NCBI GenBank assembly: GCA_963745835.1
Contig: CAVUZH010000016.1
Coordinates: forward strand, 256,001 to 320,000
Length of the DNA stretch: 64,000 nt
Reading direction: 5' to 3'
Source: an uncultured delta proteobacterium
Lineage (GTDB): Bacteria > Desulfobacterota > Binatia > UBA9968
Part shown: one piece after another, positions 38,992-51,398 of the stretch
How positions within the stretch are numbered: position 1 is the stretch's first letter
Layout of the letters: the number at the start of each line of letters is the position of its first letter
The notes under the pieces: generated by a model
What the model was told of the DNA's origin: nothing
Databases searched by the model: none
Seen by the model: only the letters and a program-made list of their open reading frames with translations
Program-made: the position numbers and the translations under genes

Positions 38992-39450
38992 TCACGCTCT
39001 GGCTGTGGCGCCCAGACCCTGACGTAGGCGCCTGGTAAACTCTTGCAAAATCAATGTCGCTGTGGCGCGCAGCACCATATCCCCGAGAATTCCGAGCCGT
39101 CCTTTGATCTTGATGTCGGCACGGTAGTTCATCATCGTCTCATTGGCGGCAGGCTCTTGCAGATCCACGAGCATATCGGCATTCACCGTGCTCTTGGTCA
39201 CAGAATCCGTTCCCTCTGTCTTCACCACCATTTGTTCCGGTGGTTTACTTTCAACAATCATTGCACGAAAAGAAAATTTGCCCGAGATCGGGCCAACATT
39301 GGCGGCGATAACCCCGTCAAAGGTTTTGGCATCGATTTGTTTGACCTCCTGCAGGCCAGGCAGGCACGATGAGAATTTATTGATGTCGATCAGAAAATCC
39401 CACGTCTTGGCCGCAGGCACATCAAGATCGATCTTTCCTTCAAAAATCAT
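38992..39450 (-). CDS. CoxG/SRPBCC family protein
   Basis: WDFLID...CLPG, VGPISGKF, KGRLGILG. Confidence 0.85.
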   Translation of the reverse strand: MIFEGKIDLDVPAAKTWDFLIDINKFSSCLPGLQEVKQIDAKTFDGVIAANVGPISGKFSFRAMIVESKPPEQMVVKTEGTDSVTKSTVNADMLVDLQEPAANETMMNYRADIKIKGRLGILGDMVLRATATLILQEFTRRLRQGLGATARA

Positions 39451-39751
39451 CCTTGCTCCTCAATCAAAATCAGCGCCGATCTTATGCGACAAAAAAACTT
39501 CTGACAAGTGGATTAAGGCAGAAGGATGAACCGGAAAAGATAAACAGCCGGTATCGTGTTCGCAAAACAGGCGGGCCCGTGTCTTTGGACATTCTCCATG
39601 GGTTGAAGCTCGTCCTAGTGCCCGAAACAGAACACGAGCACGAATACGCCGAGGCTGAGTTTAGCCGTATTCACGTAACACTGGTAACCAGCCACGATGC
39701 TGGCCGAGCGCTGGCGCGCTCTCCACTGAACGTTCCCGAAATCGAATCGAA

Positions 39752-41977
39752 CTACTTACCGCCGTGCAGTGCTTCGTAAATCTTTTCTGCGGTAATCGGC
39801 AGGCTCTTGATGCGCACGCCGCAAGCATCTTCAACGGCGTTAGCGATGGCCGCGGCCGTGGGGATGTTGCCCGTCTCGCCGATCGGCATGCTGTCATAAG
39901 GACCCGCGCCGTGCGGCTCTTCCGTAACCGAACCTTTGAACACAGGAACATCCTTGATCGTGGGGATCTTGTACTCGCCGAAGTGAGTCGTTGCGACTTT
40001 GCCGTCGCTAATAACGACTTCTTCCATCAGCGTGTACCCGATGCCGGTCATGCTTGCGCCCTCGATCTGCCCCTGGTGCATCAGCGGGTTGAGCACCGTG
40101 CCGGTGTTATGCGTCGAAGTGAATTTTCTGAGATCAACCCGTCCGGTTTCCGGGTCGACTTCCACTTCCGCGACCTGCACGCACATGGAAGCGGCGTGAA
40201 TCTTCTTATTGTCGTTAAACGTGGCATCCACCGTGATCGGCGCGCCGTTGGCTTTGACAATTTCACCGTACGTGAGTCGCCTTTCCATGCGCGGGTGCAG
40301 CGCCGCGCCCTTAGCAAGCACGATTTGATCGGCCGCCACGCCCATCTGGCTCGCCGCCGCTTGCTTAATCGCATCCACGGCCTTCAAAGCCGCTTGGTAG
40401 CCCGCGGTGCCATAAACTCGCGTCGCGCGGCTGCCGCCGACGCCGGTATCCTTCACGCCGGTCTGCGTGTCCAGTTGCTGAGCCTTGACCTGGCTGAGTG
40501 GGATTTTGAGCTCTTCGGCAACGATTTCGCTCAGCACGGTGTAGGTTCCAGCTCCTTGGTCCGCCATGGCGGAGGAAATCGTAGCGATGCCTTTTTCATC
40601 CAGCGAAATGGCGACGGTACCCGTCCCACCGGCGGGGGTCCACTGCACCAACGCGATGCCGCGCCCGACGTTTTTCGCCTTGGTTTTCTCGTAGCCGGAA
40701 TCGTCCAGGGCTTTTCTAAGGGTCTCGTCGGTCTTGATATAGCTATACTCCTCCCCAGTGGGATCGATGTCGCCGTCGTGCATGAAGTTTTTCTGGCGCA
40801 GCTTGATCGGGTCCATGCCCAACCGTTTCGCGATTATGTTCATCTGGCTCTCGTTAGCAAAGAATCCCTGGGGATCGCCGGGCGAGCGCATATGGCCGCA
40901 GGGGATCTTGTTGGTGTAGACCATATGCTCCTCGATAAAGACATGAGGAATATTGTACGGCCCGGCCGACAGGTGCGGCCCGTTGAGAAACGCATTGGGC
41001 TTGAACGCGCCGTAGGCGCCGCTGTCGAAGATGAAGCTCATGCGGTGCGCGACCAGAGTGCCGTCTTTCTTTACGCCGGTTTTGACGTGGATGATCGAAG
41101 CGTGACGTGGATTGCCGGCGACGAATTCTTCTTCATAGTCCATCACCAATTTCACTGGCCGTCCGGCTTTCTTGGACAAAAGATAGACCACGGCAAGATC
41201 CATGAAATCGCCCTTGCCGCCGAAGTCGCCGCCAATGTAGACGGGGTTAAAGTTGAGTTTCTCTGGCGGCAGTTTGAGCGCATTGGCGACCTGTTCGCGC
41301 ACGCCGTAGGGCACCTTGCTGCACGACCAGAACTCCGCCGAACCGTCGGTCGCCGCGCTCACCACGCAGGAATGAGGCTCGATGTAACTCTGATGCACCA
41401 CCGGAGTGGTAAATGTGTTCTCGACGATGAGGTCGGCCTGGCGGAAACCGTCCTCGAGGTCGCCCTTGCCCCAGGTAACATAAACGAACTCATTGGACGG
41501 CGCCTCCAGCGCCTTAGGCAGACCTTTGTAGTTCATGACATCCGGGTGCAATAACTTTGCGCCGGGCTTCATGGCCTCGACCGGATCCAAAAGCGGTTCG
41601 GTTTCTTCGAATTCGACTTCGACGAGATTGAGCGCCTCCTCGGCGATGCTCTCATTGTCTGCCGCTACCGCGGCAACTTTCTCGCCGATGAATCGCACTT
41701 CGCCGTCTGCCAGGATCGGCATATCGTAGAGCCTGCGGCCAATCCGCAGGCCGGTACAATCTTCTCCGGTCACCACCGCGTGCACACCGGGGAGCGCTTC
41801 TGCCTTGCTGACATCAATCCTTTTTATCTTCCCGGATGCGATCGGGCTTCTATAGAGCTTGCCCCACAACATTCCCGGCAGGGTTACATCGACCGCATAC
41901 TTGGCCTTGCCGCTGACTTTTAGCTCGCCCTCCACCCTCGGTGTTGGATTGCCTACAACCTGCTTCGACGCTGCCAT
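39752..41977 (-). CDS. Xanthine dehydrogenase-family molybdopterin-binding large subunit (not form I CODH)
   Basis: KVSGKAKYAVD, GGDFGGKG, MRSPG, GGSRAT, EVEVDPETG, GQIEG, IGETG, AIANAVEDA. Confidence 0.92.
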   Translation of the reverse strand: MAASKQVVGNPTPRVEGELKVSGKAKYAVDVTLPGMLWGKLYRSPIASGKIKRIDVSKAEALPGVHAVVTGEDCTGLRIGRRLYDMPILADGEVRFIGEKVAAVAADNESIAEEALNLVEVEFEETEPLLDPVEAMKPGAKLLHPDVMNYKGLPKALEAPSNEFVYVTWGKGDLEDGFRQADLIVENTFTTPVVHQSYIEPHSCVVSAATDGSAEFWSCSKVPYGVREQVANALKLPPEKLNFNPVYIGGDFGGKGDFMDLAVVYLLSKKAGRPVKLVMDYEEEFVAGNPRHASIIHVKTGVKKDGTLVAHRMSFIFDSGAYGAFKPNAFLNGPHLSAGPYNIPHVFIEEHMVYTNKIPCGHMRSPGDPQGFFANESQMNIIAKRLGMDPIKLRQKNFMHDGDIDPTGEEYSYIKTDETLRKALDDSGYEKTKAKNVGRGIALVQWTPAGGTGTVAISLDEKGIATISSAMADQGAGTYTVLSEIVAEELKIPLSQVKAQQLDTQTGVKDTGVGGSRATRVYGTAGYQAALKAVDAIKQAAASQMGVAADQIVLAKGAALHPRMERRLTYGEIVKANGAPITVDATFNDNKKIHAASMCVQVAEVEVDPETGRVDLRKFTSTHNTGTVLNPLMHQGQIEGASMTGIGYTLMEEVVISDGKVATTHFGEYKIPTIKDVPVFKGSVTEEPHGAGPYDSMPIGETGNIPTAAAIANAVEDACGVRIKSLPITAEKIYEALHGGK

Positions 41978-42468
41978 CAAGCTACCTCCATCTTCTCAAT
42001 GAAATGATAGTATCTTAAAATATTCCGCACGGCCGCCGCTGATGAACTTGCCTAGGCTTAAAAAAGATTAGCTGACTGAGGGGCGTGGGTTATTGAGCGA
42101 ATGTAGGGGAAAACAGCTCGATCTGCAACTATGTAAACGCAAACTTACGGCCTTAGCGATGTATTGAAAAAGCACTAGGACGAGTGCAGTAGGTTTGCAT
42201 TTGAGCAGTTTGCCGCGGTAAGCGAGAATCAATGAATGGGGCTCGATCATGCTAGGGCCGCTTAAACTGTAGCCGATGGCGCGATTAATCGTTGCATCGG
42301 CTTTCTAAGTACAATATCCTCTCGCTTTTCACCGTTTACTTCAAATCAGGACTTTTCGTTTTAACAGGAACGGCGTTGCCGAACACGAGCATTTCAGAAT
42401 TGTCCTCTGCCCAATTCCGCCTGCTTGACGTCTAGATTGTCTATCGGCGCCATACCAACAGGAGACCG

Positions 42469-45400
42469 ATGATGGCTAAAAGAATGGTTCCTCAGGATCA
42501 AAGCCACCTGCTGGATTCGAAACTGCTGCTGCAGGTGCTTACCTCAGTGAAGAAGGGCGACTTTAGCGCGCGGCTTCCCGGCAGCTGGACCGGCGTTGAC
42601 GGCAAGATCGCCGATACCATCAATGACATCATCGAGATGATGTCAGATAGCACCAAGGAAATGGAGCGAGTCAGCCGGGTTGTCGGCAAAGAGGGGCGGC
42701 TGTCTCAACGGGCGGTGCTTCCAGGAGCATCGGGTTCCTGGAGGAGCAGAGTCAATGCGGTGAACCATTTGATAGATGATCTGGTCCGTCCAACTACGGA
42801 AATGGCACGGGTTATTGGAGCGGTAGCCAAGGGCGATCTAACCCAGACCGTCGCATTGGACGCCGAAGGTCAGCCGCTGCGAGGGGAATTTCTTCGCACC
42901 GCAAAAATGGTTAATGCGATGGTTAAACAGCTCGATGGTTTTGCCGAGGAGGTGACGCGTGTAGCGCGTGAGGTGGGCACTGAAGGCAAACTCGGAGGCC
43001 AAGCCCAGGTTCGAGATGTCAGCGGGGTTTGGAAAGATTTAACCGAGAGCGTGAACATGATGGCGGGTAATTTGACGGCGCAGGTGCGCAATATCGCCGA
43101 CGTCACCATTGCCGTCGCCAACGGCGACCTGTCCAGAAAAATTACCGTCGATGTGCGCGGCGAGATCCTGCAGCTCAAAGACACCATCAACACCATGGTG
43201 GATCAACTCAGAAGCTTTGCCGCCGAGGTGACGCGGGTGGCGCGCGAGGTCGGCACCGACGGCAAGCTGGGGGGCCAGGCCGTCGTTCCCGGAGTCGCCG
43301 GTACTTGGAAAGATTTGACCGACAGCGTCAATGCTATGGCCAGCAATTTGACATCGCAGGTGCGAAATATCGCCGACGTCACCATTGCCGTCGCCAACGG
43401 AGATTTATCGAGAAAAATCACTGTCGATGTCAAAGGCGAGATACTGCAACTTAAAGACACCATCAATACCATGGTCGACCAGTTGCGCAGCTTTGCCGCC
43501 GAAGTCACCCGGGTGGCGCGTGAGGTCGGCACCGAAGGTAAGCTGGGCGGTCAGGCCGTCGTTCCCGGCGTTGCCGGCACCTGGAAAGACTTGACCGATA
43601 GCGTCAACTTGATGGCGGGCAATCTCACCGATCAGGTTCGAAATATCGCTGACGTTACCATCGCGGTCGCCAACGGCGACTTATCGAAAAAGATCACCGT
43701 CGACGTGCGCGGTGAAATTCTCCAGCTCAAAGAAGCCATCAACACCATGGTCGACCAGTTGCGCAGCTTTGCCGCCGAAGTCACCCGGGTGGCGCGTGAG
43801 GTCGGCACCGAAGGTAAGTTGGGCGGCCAAGCGCAGGTTCGGGACGTCAGCGGTGTTTGGAAGGATCTTACTGAAAACGTCAACATCATGGCCGGCAATT
43901 TGACGGCGCAGGTGCGAAATATCGCCGATGTCACCATTGCCGTCGCCAACGGGGACTTGTCGAAGAAAATTACCGTCGATGTTCATGGTGAGATTCTCCA
44001 GCTTAAAGAGGCCATCAACACCATGGTCGATCAGTTAAACGCCTTCGCCGCCGAAGTCACCCGGGTGGCGCGTGAGGTCGGCACCGATGGCAAGTTGGGC
44101 GGCCAAGCGGTCGTTCCCGGAGTCGCCGGCACTTGGAAAGATTTGACCGACAGCGTCAATTTTATGGCCGGCAACCTAACGGCGCAGGTGCGCAACATCG
44201 CCGATGTCACCATCGCCGTCGCCAACGGGGACTTGTCGAAGAAAATTACCGTCGATGTTCATGGTGAGATTCTCCAGCTTAAAGAGGCCATCAACACCAT
44301 GGTCGATCAGTTAAACGCCTTTGCCGCCGAGGTCACCCGTGTGGCGCGCGAGGTCGGCACCGATGGTAAGTTGGGAGGTCAGGCCGTCGTTCCCGGAGTC
44401 GCCGGCACTTGGAAAGATTTGACCGACAGCGTCAATGCGATGGCGAGCAACTTAACCTCTCAAGTGCGAAATATTGCCGACGTTACCATCGCCGTGGCCA
44501 ACGGCGACTTGTCCAGGAAAATCACCGTCGATGTCAAAGGTGAAATCCTTCAGCTCAAAGACACGATCAACACGATGGTCGATCAGCTAAACGCGTTTGC
44601 CGCCGAGGTCACCCGGGTTGCGCGTGAGGTCGGCACCGAGGGTAAGTTGGGAGGTCAGGCCCAGGTTCGTGGTGTCAGTGGTGTCTGGAAAGATTTGACC
44701 GACAGCGTCAATTTCATGGCCGGCAATTTGACCGCGCAGGTGCGCAACATCGCCGACGTTACCATTGCAGTCGCTAACGGCGACTTGTCGAAGAAGATTA
44801 CCGTCGATGTTCGCGGCGAAATCCTCCAGCTCAAAGAAGCCATCAACACCATGGTCGATCAGCTAAACGCGTTTGCCGCCGAGGTCACCCGTGTGGCGCG
44901 CGAGGTGGGCACGGACGGCAAGCTGGGCGGCCAAGCCTTGGTTCCCGGTGTTGCTGGAACCTGGAAGGACCTGACCGACAGCGTCAATTTCATGGCTGGT
45001 AATCTGACTGCGCAAGTGAGGAATATCGCCGACGTCACGATCGCCGTCGCCAACGGCGACTTGTCCAAAAAGATCACTGTCGACGTGCAAGGCGAAATTT
45101 TACAGCTCAAAGAAGCCATCAATACGATGGTTGATCAGTTGCGCAGTTTCGCCGCCGAAGTCACCCGTGTGGCGCGCGAGGTCGGCACCGAAGGCAAGCT
45201 GGGCGGGCAGGCCTTGGTTCCCGGTGTTGCCGGTACCTGGAAGGATCTAACGGATAACGTTAATGTCATGGCCGCAAACCTCACCGCGCAGGTGCGCGGT
45301 ATCGTCAAGGTTGTTACCGCCGTCGCTAACGGCAGCCTCAAAGAAAAGCTCACTGTCGAAGCTAAAGGTGAAGTCGCCGCGTTGGCGGAAACGATCAACA

Positions 45401-48400
45401 ACATGACTGATACCTTGGCCATCTTTGCAGAGCAGGTAACGACCGTTGCTCGCGAGGTCGGGGTAGAAGGCCGCTTGGGCGGGCAGGCCAACGTGCCGGG
45501 CGCTGCAGGCATTTGGAAGGATTTGACCGACAACGTTAACTTGTTGGCGGCCAACCTTACCACTCAGGTGCGTGCAATCGCCGATGTCGCCACCGCGGTT
45601 ACCAAAGGTGACCTTACCCGTTCGATCCAGGTTGCGGCGCGAGGTGAGGTTGCCGAGCTCAAAGATAACATCAACGCGATGATCCAGAACCTCCGCGCGA
45701 CAACTGAGCAGAACACCGAGCAGGACTGGCTCAAGACCAATCTCGCCAAATTCACTCGCATGATGCAAGGCCAGCGCGATCTTACGACCGTGGGCCAAAT
45801 GCTGCTTTCGGAGCTTGCGCCGCTGGTAAGCGCGCAATACGGCGCAATTTATCAGATCGAGGGAAGCAATGGTGACTCGCGGCTGAAAATGCTCGCCAGC
45901 TATGCGCGTGAAGCGACTCAGAATGCGGCAGCGGAACTGCCCATCGGCGTCGGCTTGGTGGGTCAATGCGCCATCGAGAAACGGCGCATTTTGCTCTCCG
46001 AAGTCCCATCTGGTTACGTGCAAATTACTTCCGGCCTGGGCCGAGCCCGCCCGCGCAACCTGATCGTGCTACCGGTTCTGTTCGAGGCGGAGACCAAAGC
46101 TGTCATCGAGTTGGCCTCACTGGCTGAATTCACATCAACCCATTTGACCTTTCTTGCTCAGCTTACCGAGAGCATCGGTATCGTCCTCAATACCATCGAG
46201 GCAACGATGCAAACCGAAGGTCTGTTGCAGCAGTCCCAGAAACTTGCCGGCGAACTACAAACGCAGCAGAAGGAACTGCAGCAAACCAATGAAGAGCTGG
46301 CAACCAAAGCTCAACAGCTTGCCGAACAGAACGCCGAAGTGGAGCGCAAAAATCAGGAGATCGAACAGGCGCGCCACGCTCTTGAAGAGAAGGCCGCCGA
46401 ATTGGCTCTGGCGTCAAAGTATAAGTCGGAATTTCTCGCCAACATGTCGCACGAATTGCGCACCCCGCTCAATTCAATCCTCATCCTGGCGCAGCAGCTG
46501 ACATCCAATCCCGACCGGAATCTCACCACAAAACAGGTTGAGTTTGCCCGTAACATCCACGCCTCCGGCGGCGACCTGCTGAACTTGATCAGCGACATTC
46601 TCGATCTTTCTAAAATTGAATCCGGTACCGTCACCGTGGAACCTGAGGAGGTTCTCTTCAGCAAAGTGCAGGAAGCGGTGGAACGAAGCTTCCGCCATGT
46701 GGCCGAAGCGCGACATCTTACTTTTAAGATTGAAACGCACACCGAACTCCCGCAAGGCATGACCACCGATCTAAAACGACTCCAGCAGGTGCTGAAAAAT
46801 CTGCTCTCCAATGCGTTCAAGTTTACGACCCATGGAAGCGTTGTCTTCCGAATGAGAGTGGCTGAGGCGGGCTGGAGCGCGGAACACCCGATACTCAAAA
46901 ATAGTTCGCGAGTGATCGCTTTTGAGGTCAGCGACACTGGTATCGGCATCCCGACCGACAAGCAGAGAATCATTTTCGAGGCTTTCCACCAAGCCGATGC
47001 TGGTACCAGCCGCCGCTACGGCGGCACCGGCCTCGGGCTGGCCATTAGCCGAGAGCTCGCGACGTTATTGGGCGGAGAGATCCGGCTTGTCAGCAGCGTT
47101 AATGAAGGCAGCACCTTCACGCTCTATCTGCCGGAAGACTACTTTGCCTCGGCCTCCGGCGACTTCTCATCGAGATGGACGACATTTAATCCGGCTCCCC
47201 TGGTGGTGCAGCATTCGCTCAAGCCTGAAGAGATCGCCGACGATCGCGAAACGATTCTACCGAAGGACGCAGTCGTCCTTATTGTTGAAGATGATCCTCG
47301 CTTCGCCGGACTGTTATTGGACTTGGTGCGCGAGCGAGGCTTCAAAGCCGTGGTTACCAACAAGGGCTCCATCGCCCACAATCTGGCGCGCGAATTCAAT
47401 CCCGTTGCCATCCTATTGGATATCTTCCTGCCTGACATGCTCGGATGGACCGTGTTGAGCAACCTAAAACAAGACTCGACTACGCGCCACATCCCGGTGC
47501 AAATCGTCAGCGTCGAAGAAGAGCGCATACAGGGGCTGGGTCACGGCGCCTTCTCTTATCTGATCAAACCGGCCACTAGCGGCGAGTTGGAGATCGCCAT
47601 TGACCGCGTATTGGGCTATGCCAGGGCAGACCGCAAGGAGCTCCTGATCGTGGAAGACGACGCAGTGGAAAGGCAGAGCATCGTTGAACTGCTCTCCCAC
47701 GATAAGGTCGAGATCACTACGGCGCACACCGGCGGCGAGGCTTGGAACATTTTGCGCTCAAAGAAGTTTGACTGCATGGTTCTCGACCTGAAGCTGCCGG
47801 ACATAACCGGCTTCGATTTGCTGGAGCGCATTCGGCGTCAACGCGATCTGCAAGATTTGCCGATTGTCGTTTTTACGGGCAAAGACTTGACCGAGCAAGA
47901 TGAACTGCAGCTGGCACAACTGGCCGAGAGTGTGGTCATCAAGGGTGTCCAATCTCCCGAGCGTTTGCTCGATGAAACATCCTTGTTCCTGCATTTGTTA
48001 ACAACCGAACTCGCTCCTGCCAAACAACAAATGCTCGAACGACTGCGCCATAGCGACGAGGCGCTCAGGGGTAAGACAGTGCTGGTCGTGGATGATGACG
48101 TGCGCAATATTTTCGCCTTGACCAGCTTACTCGAACAGCACGGTGTGCGCGTCATCAGCGCGGAAACCGGTAAAGAGGCGATTTCGCTTCTCGATCGAGA
48201 GGAAGTGATTGACGCCGTGCTAATGGACATCATGATGCCGGACATGGATGGCTATGAAACCATGGGCCTGATCCGGAAAAGCACAAAACACAAGCTATTA
48301 CCTATTCTCGCGCTGACGGCTAAGGCCATGAAGGGTGACCGCGAAAAATGCCTGGAAGCAGGCGCTTCGGACTATATCGCCAAGCCGGTCAATACGGAGG

Positions 48401-48495
48401 AGCTGCTCGGACTATTACGCATATGGCTTTTCGGCAAGCAGACTAATTCCGGAGTCGGTTATGAACGCAGCAACGGCGAACATCCTCGTAGTTGA
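42469..48495 (+). CDS. Cytoplasmic poly-HAMP hybrid histidine kinase (HAMP array-GAF-HisKA-HATPase-3xREC; OsaA/Nik1 group III-like)
   Basis: Ten 92-aa repeats containing WKDLT, a GAF domain, [34 protein letters not shown] and three receiver domains. No transmembrane segment. AGGAG RBS. Confidence 0.93.
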   Translation: MMAKRMVPQDQSHLLDSKLLLQVLTSVKKGDFSARLPGSWTGVDGKIADTINDIIEMMSDSTKEMERVSRVVGKEGRLSQRAVLPGASGSWRSRVNAVNHLIDDLVRPTTEMARVIGAVAKGDLTQTVALDAEGQPLRGEFLRTAKMVNAMVKQLDGFAEEVTRVAREVGTEGKLGGQAQVRDVSGVWKDLTESVNMMAGNLTAQVRNIADVTIAVANGDLSRKITVDVRGEILQLKDTINTMVDQLRSFAAEVTRVAREVGTDGKLGGQAVVPGVAGTWKDLTDSVNAMASNLTSQVRNIADVTIAVANGDLSRKITVDVKGEILQLKDTINTMVDQLRSFAAEVTRVAREVGTEGKLGGQAVVPGVAGTWKDLTDSVNLMAGNLTDQVRNIADVTIAVANGDLSKKITVDVRGEILQLKEAINTMVDQLRSFAAEVTRVAREVGTEGKLGGQAQVRDVSGVWKDLTENVNIMAGNLTAQVRNIADVTIAVANGDLSKKITVDVHGEILQLKEAINTMVDQLNAFAAEVTRVAREVGTDGKLGGQAVVPGVAGTWKDLTDSVNFMAGNLTAQVRNIADVTIAVANGDLSKKITVDVHGEILQLKEAINTMVDQLNAFAAEVTRVAREVGTDGKLGGQAVVPGVAGTWKDLTDSVNAMASNLTSQVRNIADVTIAVANGDLSRKITVDVKGEILQLKDTINTMVDQLNAFAAEVTRVAREVGTEGKLGGQAQVRGVSGVWKDLTDSVNFMAGNLTAQVRNIADVTIAVANGDLSKKITVDVRGEILQLKEAINTMVDQLNAFAAEVTRVAREVGTDGKLGGQALVPGVAGTWKDLTDSVNFMAGNLTAQVRNIADVTIAVANGDLSKKITVDVQGEILQLKEAINTMVDQLRSFAAEVTRVAREVGTEGKLGGQALVPGVAGTWKDLTDNVNVMAANLTAQVRGIVKVVTAVANGSLKEKLTVEAKGEVAALAETINNMTDTLAIFAEQVTTVAREVGVEGRLGGQANVPGAAGIWKDLTDNVNLLAANLTTQVRAIADVATAVTKGDLTRSIQVAARGEVAELKDNINAMIQNLRATTEQNTEQDWLKTNLAKFTRMMQGQRDLTTVGQMLLSELAPLVSAQYGAIYQIEGSNGDSRLKMLASYAREATQNAAAELPIGVGLVGQCAIEKRRILLSEVPSGYVQITSGLGRARPRNLIVLPVLFEAETKAVIELASLAEFTSTHLTFLAQLTESIGIVLNTIEATMQTEGLLQQSQKLAGELQTQQKELQQTNEELATKAQQLAEQNAEVERKNQEIEQARHALEEKAAELALASKYKSEFLANMSHELRTPLNSILILAQQLTSNPDRNLTTKQVEFARNIHASGGDLLNLISDILDLSKIESGTVTVEPEEVLFSKVQEAVERSFRHVAEARHLTFKIETHTELPQGMTTDLKRLQQVLKNLLSNAFKFTTHGSVVFRMRVAEAGWSAEHPILKNSSRVIAFEVSDTGIGIPTDKQRIIFEAFHQADAGTSRRYGGTGLGLAISRELATLLGGEIRLVSSVNEGSTFTLYLPEDYFASASGDFSSRWTTFNPAPLVVQHSLKPEEIADDRETILPKDAVVLIVEDDPRFAGLLLDLVRERGFKAVVTNKGSIAHNLAREFNPVAILLDIFLPDMLGWTVLSNLKQDSTTRHIPVQIVSVEEERIQGLGHGAFSYLIKPATSGELEIAIDRVLGYARADRKELLIVEDDAVERQSIVELLSHDKVEITTAHTGGEAWNILRSKKFDCMVLDLKLPDITGFDLLERIRRQRDLQDLPIVVFTGKDLTEQDELQLAQLAESVVIKGVQSPERLLDETSLFLHLLTTELAPAKQQMLERLRHSDEALRGKTVLVVDDDVRNIFALTSLLEQHGVRVISAETGKEAISLLDREEVIDAVLMDIMMPDMDGYETMGLIRKSTKHKLLPILALTAKAMKGDREKCLEAGASDYIAKPVNTEELLGLLRIWLFGKQTNSGVGYERSNGEHPRS
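42930..45690 (+). repeat. Intragenic 276-bp tandem repeat (about 10 units) encoding the HAMP array
   Basis: The TGGAAAGATTT-like anchor occurs at 43030 and 43306 and then every 276 bp. Boundaries are approximate. Confidence 0.9.
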
Positions 48496-50578
48496 CGATG
48501 ATGTAAAGACGCTCGCGGCCATGGAGGCGCTTCTCGCCGGGCCGGGGCGAAACATCTCGACGGCTTCTTCGGGCACGGAGGCACTCCGCCTATTGTTACG
48601 AGAGGACTTTGCGCTGATCCTTATGGACGTCCGCCTGCCGGTGATGGACGGCTTTGAGACTGCCGCGTTGATTCGACAGAGAGAAAGGTTTCGCTACACC
48701 CCAATTATTTTTATCTCTGCCATCGATACCCTGGAATCGGACGTTTTTCGAGGAGCCGCCAGCGGGGCCGTTGATTACCTTTTCAAACCGGTTGTGCCGC
48801 AAATTCTTCAGGCCAAGGTTTCGGTTTTCGTCGACCTGTTTCATAAAAACGAGCAGCTAAAACTACAAGCAATCCGGCAAAGCGAAGAGCGCTTTCGAAT
48901 GGTGGTCGAAAGCTTGCAGGATTACGCGATTTTTATGATGGATCCGAGCGGCCGGGTCTCAACCTGGAATTTGGGCGCCGAGCGGATTGTCGGTTGGAGC
49001 CAGCATGAAGCCATTGGCAAATTGTTCGGCGCTTTCTACACGCCGGAAGACGAGGAAAAGGGCTTGCCTGGCCAGGCACTGAAGGACTCGGCTGGGGCGG
49101 GACGATATGAAGACGAGGGCTGGCGCCTGCGCAAGGATGGCTCTCGCTTTTGGGCTAATGTTGTGGTCACCTCGCTGGTCGATGATCACGGGGAGCTCGT
49201 CGGCTTTTCGGCCATCTTCCGTGACGTCACTGCCCGCAAGAAGACCGAAGAACAGCTTAAACGACTCAACTCCGATCTCGAAGAACGATATGTCGAAAAG
49301 GCGGCTGAGCTAGCCCACACAATCGGTGAACGGGAAAAACTCCAAGAGCAGCTTCTCCAAGTGCAGAAAATGGAAAGCATCGGCACTTTGGCCGGCGGAA
49401 TTGCCCACGACATTAACAACATCCTCAACATCATCTCCGGGTACGCCAATCTAATTTTGCAGAATAGCGACGGCAAGGACAAAAACTCCGAGCATGTAGA
49501 AGTGATTATAGAAACCGTCGAACGCGGCGTTTCTTTAGTCCGGCAGCTCCTAGCCATGGCGCGCAAGGCCGAAACCAAGTTCGAACCTGTCAGAGTGACA
49601 GGTGTGTTGCAGAAGCTTCAAGGGATTATCAATGATACCTTTCCTAAACAGATCGAAGTCATCTGGAATCTACAACCGGACTTGCCGTCGATCATGGCCG
49701 ACCCTCACCAAATTCATCAGGCGGTTTTCAACCTTTGCCTCAATGCGCGCGATGCCATGCCCGATGGTGGAAAGCTGATCGTTGCCACCGAAATAGTTGA
49801 CGGAGCCGAGCTGCGCAAGATTTCGCAAGAAGTGAAAGAGGAACTGTACTGCTGCGTCACGGTCAAAGACACCGGCATAGGCATGAGCATGTCAACCAAA
49901 AGTCGTATTTTTGAGCCGTTCTTTACGACCAAACGCCAGGGAGAAGGAACGGGATTGGGTCTGGCGGTGGTCTATGGGATCGTCGGTAAACACGGCGGTA
50001 TTATCGATGTCGAAAGCGAGCCAGATCGCGGCGCAAGCTTTCGGCTTTTTCTTCCCATCCCCAAAGATCAGGTCGAAGCAGGCGATGCCCGAGCGGCACC
50101 GCCGCGCAGGAAAATTGAGACACTGGTGGCCAACGGTGAAATGATTCTTTTCGTCGACGACGAGGTGCACCAGCTACGCTTGATGCAGATACATCTGCAG
50201 CGAGCAGGGTACAGAGTGATAACCGCGGCGGATGGCGCTGAAGCTGTCGATATGCACAATCGGCATAAGGACGAAATCGCGGCAGTAATCCTTGATTTTG
50301 GATTGCCGAAGCTAAACGGGTGGGAAGCTTATCGAAAGATGAAAGAAGTTGATCCTGACATTAAGGCGATTTTCGCCACGGGGTTTATCGCCTCTCAGCT
50401 TGAGACGGAACTGGCTAAGCAGGAACTGAGCGGTGTGATTATGAAACCGTATCAACTCGACGAAGTGTTAGAAAGAATCGACAGCGCCATCAAAAGCAAA
50501 GGCGTGAAATCTGTTGGAGATATTCGATTAACAATTCATTCCGCTTCGTTCCCCAAGACTGCTAAAAATCATTCCTGA
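48461..50578 (+). CDS. Hybrid kinase REC-PAS-HisKA-HATPase-REC
   Basis: [48 protein letters not shown] and a C-terminal receiver. GGAG RBS before ATG 48461. Confidence 0.92.
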   Translation: MNAATANILVVDDDVKTLAAMEALLAGPGRNISTASSGTEALRLLLREDFALILMDVRLPVMDGFETAALIRQRERFRYTPIIFISAIDTLESDVFRGAASGAVDYLFKPVVPQILQAKVSVFVDLFHKNEQLKLQAIRQSEERFRMVVESLQDYAIFMMDPSGRVSTWNLGAERIVGWSQHEAIGKLFGAFYTPEDEEKGLPGQALKDSAGAGRYEDEGWRLRKDGSRFWANVVVTSLVDDHGELVGFSAIFRDVTARKKTEEQLKRLNSDLEERYVEKAAELAHTIGEREKLQEQLLQVQKMESIGTLAGGIAHDINNILNIISGYANLILQNSDGKDKNSEHVEVIIETVERGVSLVRQLLAMARKAETKFEPVRVTGVLQKLQGIINDTFPKQIEVIWNLQPDLPSIMADPHQIHQAVFNLCLNARDAMPDGGKLIVATEIVDGAELRKISQEVKEELYCCVTVKDTGIGMSMSTKSRIFEPFFTTKRQGEGTGLGLAVVYGIVGKHGGIIDVESEPDRGASFRLFLPIPKDQVEAGDARAAPPRRKIETLVANGEMILFVDDEVHQLRLMQIHLQRAGYRVITAADGAEAVDMHNRHKDEIAAVILDFGLPKLNGWEAYRKMKEVDPDIKAIFATGFIASQLETELAKQELSGVIMKPYQLDEVLERIDSAIKSKGVKSVGDIRLTIHSASFPKTAKNHS

Positions 50579-50831
50579 TGGCACATCGCAGAAATCCAGG
50601 TGCATTCAGCAACTGCACTGATTTCCTCGAAGGTGAGTATACAGGATCTTCCCTTTCGGCGCCGTCACAAAACTGCATCTAAGACATCATGACACTGCCC
50701 TGTTCAAACGTTGCTTGATCGTTACAGGCACTTACACCTCTCACCAACCGCCATCTCAAATGTCCTGCGGCGGAAATTTCTAGACAAGAGTTGCCAAAGC
50801 GGCCGGAACGACATTTGCGATCCGGCGACCC

Positions 50832-51398
50832 GTGGCAACGGAAATTTCTTACCGCAAGACACACAACACGGATCTTTGGCATTTCTGCTCAAATTGTTCG
50901 AATTGGCCGGTTACAGATTTCGACAAACACGACCACGACGCTCCTCCGATGGATGAATTCTGTCCCGAATGTGTCGAGCACCAACGCCAAGGAACCTGCA
51001 CGCAGGCTAGCGGAAGAGAGGCAGGCGCATCGATTGCTCGCAAGAAGATCCTGATCATTGAGGATCACCCCGACGTTCGGCGGGTGCTCACAATCACCTT
51101 ACTTCATCTAGGTTATGAAACATGCGAAGCAGCCGATGCCCGCGCCGGAATTAGAATGAGCCTGATCGAGAATCCCGATTTGATCGTGATGGATCTTTCG
51201 CTACCTGACTCCAGCGGTTTGGAAACCGCCAAAAGGATAAAGGAGAATTCGCAGACGAATCACATCCCGATCGTTGCATGTTCCGGTTGGGAGAGCGACG
51301 AGATCCTTGCACAAGCAGCGGAAGCGGGCATCGTGGAGTTTTTAGCCAAGCCGATCTCACCGGAGCTACTTGTCGCCGTAATCGAAAAACTTACCTGA
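50832..51398 (+). CDS. Response regulator with N-terminal Cys/His-rich domain
   Basis: WHFCSNCSNWP...FCPEC followed by KKILIIEDH, VMDLSLP, LAKPI. Confidence 0.8.
   Translation: MATEISYRKTHNTDLWHFCSNCSNWPVTDFDKHDHDAPPMDEFCPECVEHQRQGTCTQASGREAGASIARKKILIIEDHPDVRRVLTITLLHLGYETCEAADARAGIRMSLIENPDLIVMDLSLPDSSGLETAKRIKENSQTNHIPIVACSGWESDEILAQAAEAGIVEFLAKPISPELLVAVIEKLT

Noticed and set aside
39764-41554. 596-aa plus-strand ORF and similar long antisense ORFs (12703..13710, 14656..15390, 45247..46023)
   Set aside because: They are shadow frames of well-supported opposite-strand genes in GC-rich DNA and carry no recognisable motifs.
39752-41977. Aerobic CO dehydrogenase (coxL) because coxG is adjacent
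   Set aside because: The active-site loop reads GHMRSPG, not AYxCSFR, and coxM/coxS are absent.
42930-45690. Long regular repeats as a possible CRISPR array
   Set aside because: They are in-frame 276-bp coding repeats with no unique spacers, and there are no cas genes.
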